Source of the DNA: a virus
Strand: one strand, 5' to 3'
DNA length: 10,143 nt
Virus genome (UHGV): UHGV-2042139
In this document: positions 7,174 to 10,143 of the stretch, in pieces
Position numbering within the stretch: the first letter of the stretch is position 1
Layout of the letters: every line of letters begins with the position of its first letter
Position numbers and translations under genes: made by a program
Notes under the pieces: generated by a model
The model's input: only the letters and a program-made list of their open reading frames with translations
Told to the model about the DNA's origin: nothing
Database searches by the model: none

Positions 7174-7904
7174 CCACTATAACCAAAGAGCGACTGCTGA
7201 CAATCAAGCAGTGGCGCGAAACATACGGACCGGGTAGCAACGTTGTACTGCCAGCAGAAGAAGCGGAAGAACTGGCACGGATTGCTCTGGCATCGCTGGA
7301 AGCAAAACCAATAGGTGCATTCCACATTGCAGAACAGCAAGTTGACGGCACAAGTGACTACCTCAAGGATGGAGAATGGCCTATTGATAATGGAATTATT
7401 GAGGTCTACGCCGCTCCCCCCGTTCCAGTAGTACCGGAAGAAAAACCAATGCCTAACGCTCTAAGCATGCTTGAAAGAGAGATCACACAACTGATTGGTG
7501 ATGCGCAGGAAGCCACTGTTACTGGCTATGAGTTAATCGCTGAAGCTTGGCGTTTGATGGATGGACAAGACCCTAAAACCAGCGATTGGCATAGCAAGGC
7601 TTCGAAGTATTTAAATTCCAATATTGTAGAAAAAGTTGATGATGACCGTATTGATGCAATTAAGGCTGTTTTGCGTAGACTGGCTGGCAACTCTCCGGTA
7701 ACTCCGGATGGTTGGATAAGCTGTAGTGAGCGAATGCCAGATGATGGTCAGCACGTAATTATTTTATGTGATGGCGCATTCGTTCTTTATGCGCAATATC
7801 GAGACGGTGAGTTTTTTGATGTTGTCCGCAATGGTGAGGAGTTCTTCGAAACGCAGAGCCGCAATGTAACCCACTGGATGCCGCTACCAGAACCGCCGCT
7901 CTGA
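7170..7904 (+). CDS. Prophage early-region protein with DUF551-like C-terminal domain
   Basis: ATG at 7170 overlaps the upstream stop (ATGA), with SD GAGGA 8 nt upstream. The C-terminus DGWISCSERMPDDGQHVIILCDG...VTHWMPLPEPP matches the DUF551 signature as I recall it. Confidence 0.7.
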   Translation: MTTITKERLLTIKQWRETYGPGSNVVLPAEEAEELARIALASLEAKPIGAFHIAEQQVDGTSDYLKDGEWPIDNGIIEVYAAPPVPVVPEEKPMPNALSMLEREITQLIGDAQEATVTGYELIAEAWRLMDGQDPKTSDWHSKASKYLNSNIVEKVDDDRIDAIKAVLRRLAGNSPVTPDGWISCSERMPDDGQHVIILCDGAFVLYAQYRDGEFFDVVRNGEEFFETQSRNVTHWMPLPEPPL

Positions 7905-7933
7905 TAGCGAATCTTATACATATCTTTTACATC

Positions 7934-7947
7934 AACAATATATTGTT
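7934..7947. promoter_or_regulatory. 14-bp perfect AT-rich palindrome, candidate operator upstream of the zinc-ribbon gene
   Basis: AACAATATATTGTT at 7934-7947, in the 96-bp gap between the DUF551 gene and the zinc-ribbon gene, 53 bp upstream of the ATG at 8001. Confidence 0.3.
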
Positions 7948-8000
7948 AATTTCCAATCAATGTTACGTTGTCATCTCACTCATGCTTTGGAGGTAGTGAT

Positions 8001-8180
8001 ATGTCTTGTCCAAAATGCGGTTCTGGAAATATTGCAAAAGAAAAAACAAGGCGTGGATGGTCTGGAGATTATGTGTGCAGTGATTGCGGATACAACAACT
8101 CTAAAGACGCATTTGGAATGCGCGGTAAAAACGAGTTTAGTAAAAATAATAAAGAACGCGGAAGCAACGAAAAAAGCTAA
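8001..8180 (+). CDS. Small zinc-ribbon protein (CxxC-x19-CxxC), 59 aa
   Basis: ATG at 8001 with SD GGAGG 7 nt upstream. MSCPKCGSGNIAKEKTRRGWSGDYVCSDCGYNN, then a basic tail. The ORF-track start at 7968 is a TTG. Confidence 0.55.
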   Translation: MSCPKCGSGNIAKEKTRRGWSGDYVCSDCGYNNSKDAFGMRGKNEFSKNNKERGSNEKS

Positions 8181-8243
8181 ATTATTTATTCATATATGAA
8201 AACAATGTAACCAATATTCGAATTGAAGAACTGAAAGAACACT

Positions 8244-8268
8244 AAGCCGCCTGATGGCGGTTTTTTAT
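8244..8268 (+). terminator. Rho-independent terminator ending the small-gene operon
   Basis: GC-rich stem AAGCCGCC (8244-8251) / GGCGGTTT (8256-8263) with one G-U pair, loop TGAT, then a run of T residues. Confidence 0.6.
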
Positions 8269-8280
8269 TGGAGACAAGAA

Positions 8281-8625
8281 ATGTCAGATTTGGCTATGAA
8301 GATTTTGAAATGGCAAACGACTGGCGATGTCGGCATCAGTAGCGCAACTCTTGCCTCAATCGCATGTGGACTGAAAAAGAATATCTATGGTCATCACTTC
8401 GGCGCTCCACATGACGCAGCCGATTTCCGACGATGCGTTGCACTTGTTGAGCAGATTCCAGAAATCAGAGATTCATTCGACAAGGTTGCAAAGCGCGTTC
8501 CGGCATTCAAAGGCATCCTCAACGAATGGGATTCTCTCGTTGCTCTGTTGAAGTCTGAAATGAAGATACACGGAAACAAAGCACCAGAGACTTACAGAAG
8601 AATCAGAGAACTACGCAAGGACTAA
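8281..8625 (+). CDS. Hypothetical protein (114 aa)
   Basis: ATG at 8281 with SD GGAGA 6 nt upstream, just downstream of the terminator. The ORF-track start at 8254 lies inside the hairpin and is rejected. No family recognised. Confidence 0.55.
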   Translation: MSDLAMKILKWQTTGDVGISSATLASIACGLKKNIYGHHFGAPHDAADFRRCVALVEQIPEIRDSFDKVAKRVPAFKGILNEWDSLVALLKSEMKIHGNKAPETYRRIRELRKD

Positions 8626-8746
8626 CTATGGAATCATACAGCCTCACACTCGATGAGGCCTGACAGTTTCTCAAGATCGCCAGATCTACCGCAACCGACA
8701 ATAACCGCCACTGAACGGTTTATTTCTTTATGGAGAAACCATACAA

Positions 8747-8977
8747 ATGACAATCAATATTCAGCCGATTCTAATAAACCGCGAGCGTGTTCAGGAGATG
8801 CTTGGTGGTATCTCCAGAACTACTTTTTACCGGAAGCGTAAACAGTGGGAGCAATCAGGGACACCATTCCCTCGGGAAGTGGAAGAAATCCACCCACCGA
8901 AAGGCGGCGCCCTCTTTCGCTACAAGGAAGTTATTCAGTTTTGCAAAGATAAAGGATTGATTTCCGAACACTCTTGA
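8747..8977 (+). CDS. AlpA/excisionase-family helix-turn-helix regulator (prophage regulatory protein)
   Basis: 76-aa translation ...INRERVQEMLGGISRTTFYRKRKQ...GTPFPREV...FRYKEVIQFCKDKGL fits the AlpA/Xis-type pattern (compare E. coli AlpA ...LRLPAVIQKTGMARATIYDWL...FPKK...W...EIDEWL). Its 3' end overlaps the integrase 3' end by 43 nt in convergent orientation. Confidence 0.7.
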   Translation: MTINIQPILINRERVQEMLGGISRTTFYRKRKQWEQSGTPFPREVEEIHPPKGGALFRYKEVIQFCKDKGLISEHS

Positions 8978-10143
8978 ATTTTCTTAGCCCATAATTCTGC
9001 TGCGTCCTGCTGCTCGGGGATGTAGTCATACTGGTCATAAACAGCCAGCATCCCCGTGAGCTTATGCCCGAGAATTTTCTCCGAAACATGAGGTGCTACT
9101 CCAAGTTCAGCCATTTTTGTTTTGCACGTTCTGCGCAGATCGTGCAATGACCAGTGCTCGCCCCCCATAACATCTTCTACCTGTTCTGCAATAGAAATTA
9201 GGGTGCTGGCAGACATTGGGCGATTTTCCTGTAACTTAGCCGGAGGAAATACGATTGACAGATCAGGGTATAGATCAAATACCTGCTGCAAATAATCTGC
9301 TGCGAGTTTTGAAATACCGCGAACAAATCGCTTACGCGTTTTTGAGTTCTCTTTCGGTATAGTCCATTCTCTAGACTTCAGATCAAAATCAGTCTTCTTA
9401 GCCAACCGCAATTCAACACCACGACAACCAGTTAACGCAACAATTCGAATAAACATTTTGTTTTGCCACGACATTTTCGTTTTGTCGATGGCATTCCAGA
9501 ATGCGCCTATCTCAACATCGTTAAGAAAACGTTCGCCATTATTAGGTCTACTGCCGATATCATTAATCTCAAGAAGCATCAGTGCATTTGATGTTATGCG
9601 TTTTCTGCGTAACGCATAGCGGATCACTTGCTTCATCTTCACCAGTACATTTCCCGCCTGTACGGGTGACCCACCTTTTGTTATGCGAATGAATATTTGC
9701 TCCCACTCTACAGGACTCATTTCATCTGCAATCAGCTTACCGTAATTGTCGGTGATGTGAAGTTTCAGCATCCGCTTCCAGTATTCGTACTTCACCATCT
9801 CTTTTACTGAAGGAGTATCAAACCACTCGTCAACTAGGGTACTGATGCTTGGGGAACTTGATGCAATATCTTTGGCTTTCTTCCTTTGCATGGCTGGGTC
9901 TTTACCCTTCTCCAACCACCCTTTACACTCTTCCAATGCATCGCGAGCTTCCTTAAGCGACATCTTCCCGTACGTTCCGAGCTTTAACCTGGCGGGTTTT
10001 CCATTGAAACGATAGCGGTATTGAAAGGTGATAAGTCCCTTCGGGCTGATCCTGACAGAAAGTCCGCCTCCGTCAGCTATCTCCTCAGGTCCCTCATATG
10101 CTTTTCCGGATATACGTCGCAGCTTTGTATCGTTGAGTGCCAT
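8935..10143 (-). CDS. int: Tyrosine site-specific integrase, P4-like family, with N-terminal arm-binding (DUF4102-type) domain
   Basis: 402-aa ORF. N-terminus LNDTKLRRISGKAYEGPEEIADGGGLSVRISPKGLITFQYRYRFNGKPARLKLGTY...SLKEARDA is typical of P4-type integrases. C-terminal catalytic region contains HDLRRT...LGH...AVYDQY. The start codon is the final triplet of the window, so the upstream att site and any tRNA are outside it. Confidence 0.9.
   Translation of the reverse strand: MALNDTKLRRISGKAYEGPEEIADGGGLSVRISPKGLITFQYRYRFNGKPARLKLGTYGKMSLKEARDALEECKGWLEKGKDPAMQRKKAKDIASSSPSISTLVDEWFDTPSVKEMVKYEYWKRMLKLHITDNYGKLIADEMSPVEWEQIFIRITKGGSPVQAGNVLVKMKQVIRYALRRKRITSNALMLLEINDIGSRPNNGERFLNDVEIGAFWNAIDKTKMSWQNKMFIRIVALTGCRGVELRLAKKTDFDLKSREWTIPKENSKTRKRFVRGISKLAADYLQQVFDLYPDLSIVFPPAKLQENRPMSASTLISIAEQVEDVMGGEHWSLHDLRRTCKTKMAELGVAPHVSEKILGHKLTGMLAVYDQYDYIPEQQDAAELWAKKIQECSEINPLSLQN

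Larger units (their letters stand above)
1..10143. mobile_element. Degenerate P22-like prophage or compact integrative island (int/AlpA/early-type genes juxtaposed with immI-type repressor, tailspike and surface-polysaccharide acetyltransferase); attachment sites not in window
   Basis: Gene content and order read from translations: P4-family integrase at right edge, AlpA-like gene, small overlapping early-type genes, Mnt homolog, P22-type tailspike, convergent acetyltransferase. No virion, replication or lysis genes. Composition changes visibly between blocks. Confidence 0.5.

Noticed and set aside
6052-7351. Overlapping alternative-frame ORFs (6052-6243 -, 6130-6279 part of +, 6371-6571 -, 6890-7114 +, 7011-7340 -, 7163-7351 -)
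   Set aside because: Each overlaps a better-supported, SD-preceded, translationally coupled gene on the plus strand; no RBS or family signal.
7960-8199. 79-aa plus-strand ORF in an alternative frame over the zinc-ribbon gene, and the TTG-initiated extension from 7968
   Set aside because: The ATG at 8001 has a GGAGG SD and gives a clean CxxC...CxxC zinc ribbon; the alternatives lack RBS support.
4264-8268. The two strongest terminator hairpins share the core CCTGATGG (loop TGAT closed by CC/GG)
   Set aside because: An 8-mer shared by two hairpins is most simply chance or common terminator loop usage. I found no longer flanking identity that would indicate a repeated module boundary.
8394-8841. 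ORFs 8394-8579 (-) and 8653-8841 (+)
   Set aside because: The first is antisense to the 114-aa gene. The second overlaps the alpA leader and start in another frame with no SD.
1-10143. CRISPR arrays, tRNA/rRNA genes, insertion-sequence transposases, integrons
   Set aside because: No regularly spaced direct repeats, no transposase-like ORFs or terminal inverted repeats, and no rRNA-like or obvious tRNA-like segments were seen. The integrase-associated att site and tRNA, if any, would lie beyond position 10143.

Overview
This ~10.1 kb window is a mosaic, phage-derived accessory region that looks like the two ends of a P22-like temperate podovirus prophage brought next to each other. Left side: a hexapeptide-repeat acetyltransferase gene (+) convergent with a ~910-aa tailspike gene (-) that has a P22 gp9-type head-binding N-terminus, a divergent central body and a C-terminal chaperone-like domain ending in a coiled coil. 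Middle: an Mnt-type ribbon-helix-helix repressor (+) with no arc or ant, a PEGA-like lipoprotein (-), an AT-rich membrane-anchored coiled-coil gene (+) and a GC-rich Gly/Ala-rich ORF (-). Right side: a rightward operon of small, translationally coupled early-region-type genes (one with a DUF551-like C-terminus, one zinc ribbon), an intrinsic terminator, an orphan 114-aa gene, an AlpA/excisionase-family gene, and a P4-family tyrosine integrase (-) whose ATG is the last triplet of the window. I saw no rRNA, tRNA or CRISPR array, and no replication, lysis, capsid, portal or terminase genes. The most interesting points are the orphan Mnt variant carrying an Arc-type recognition strand next to palindromic operator candidates facing the tailspike, and the uncharacterised lipoprotein / membrane coiled-coil / Gly-zipper cargo at the immI-sieA position. 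All homology statements come from reading the translations and from memory of the protein families; no database search was run. The ORF track uses ATG, GTG and TTG starts, so several starts were re-assigned from Shine-Dalgarno context.
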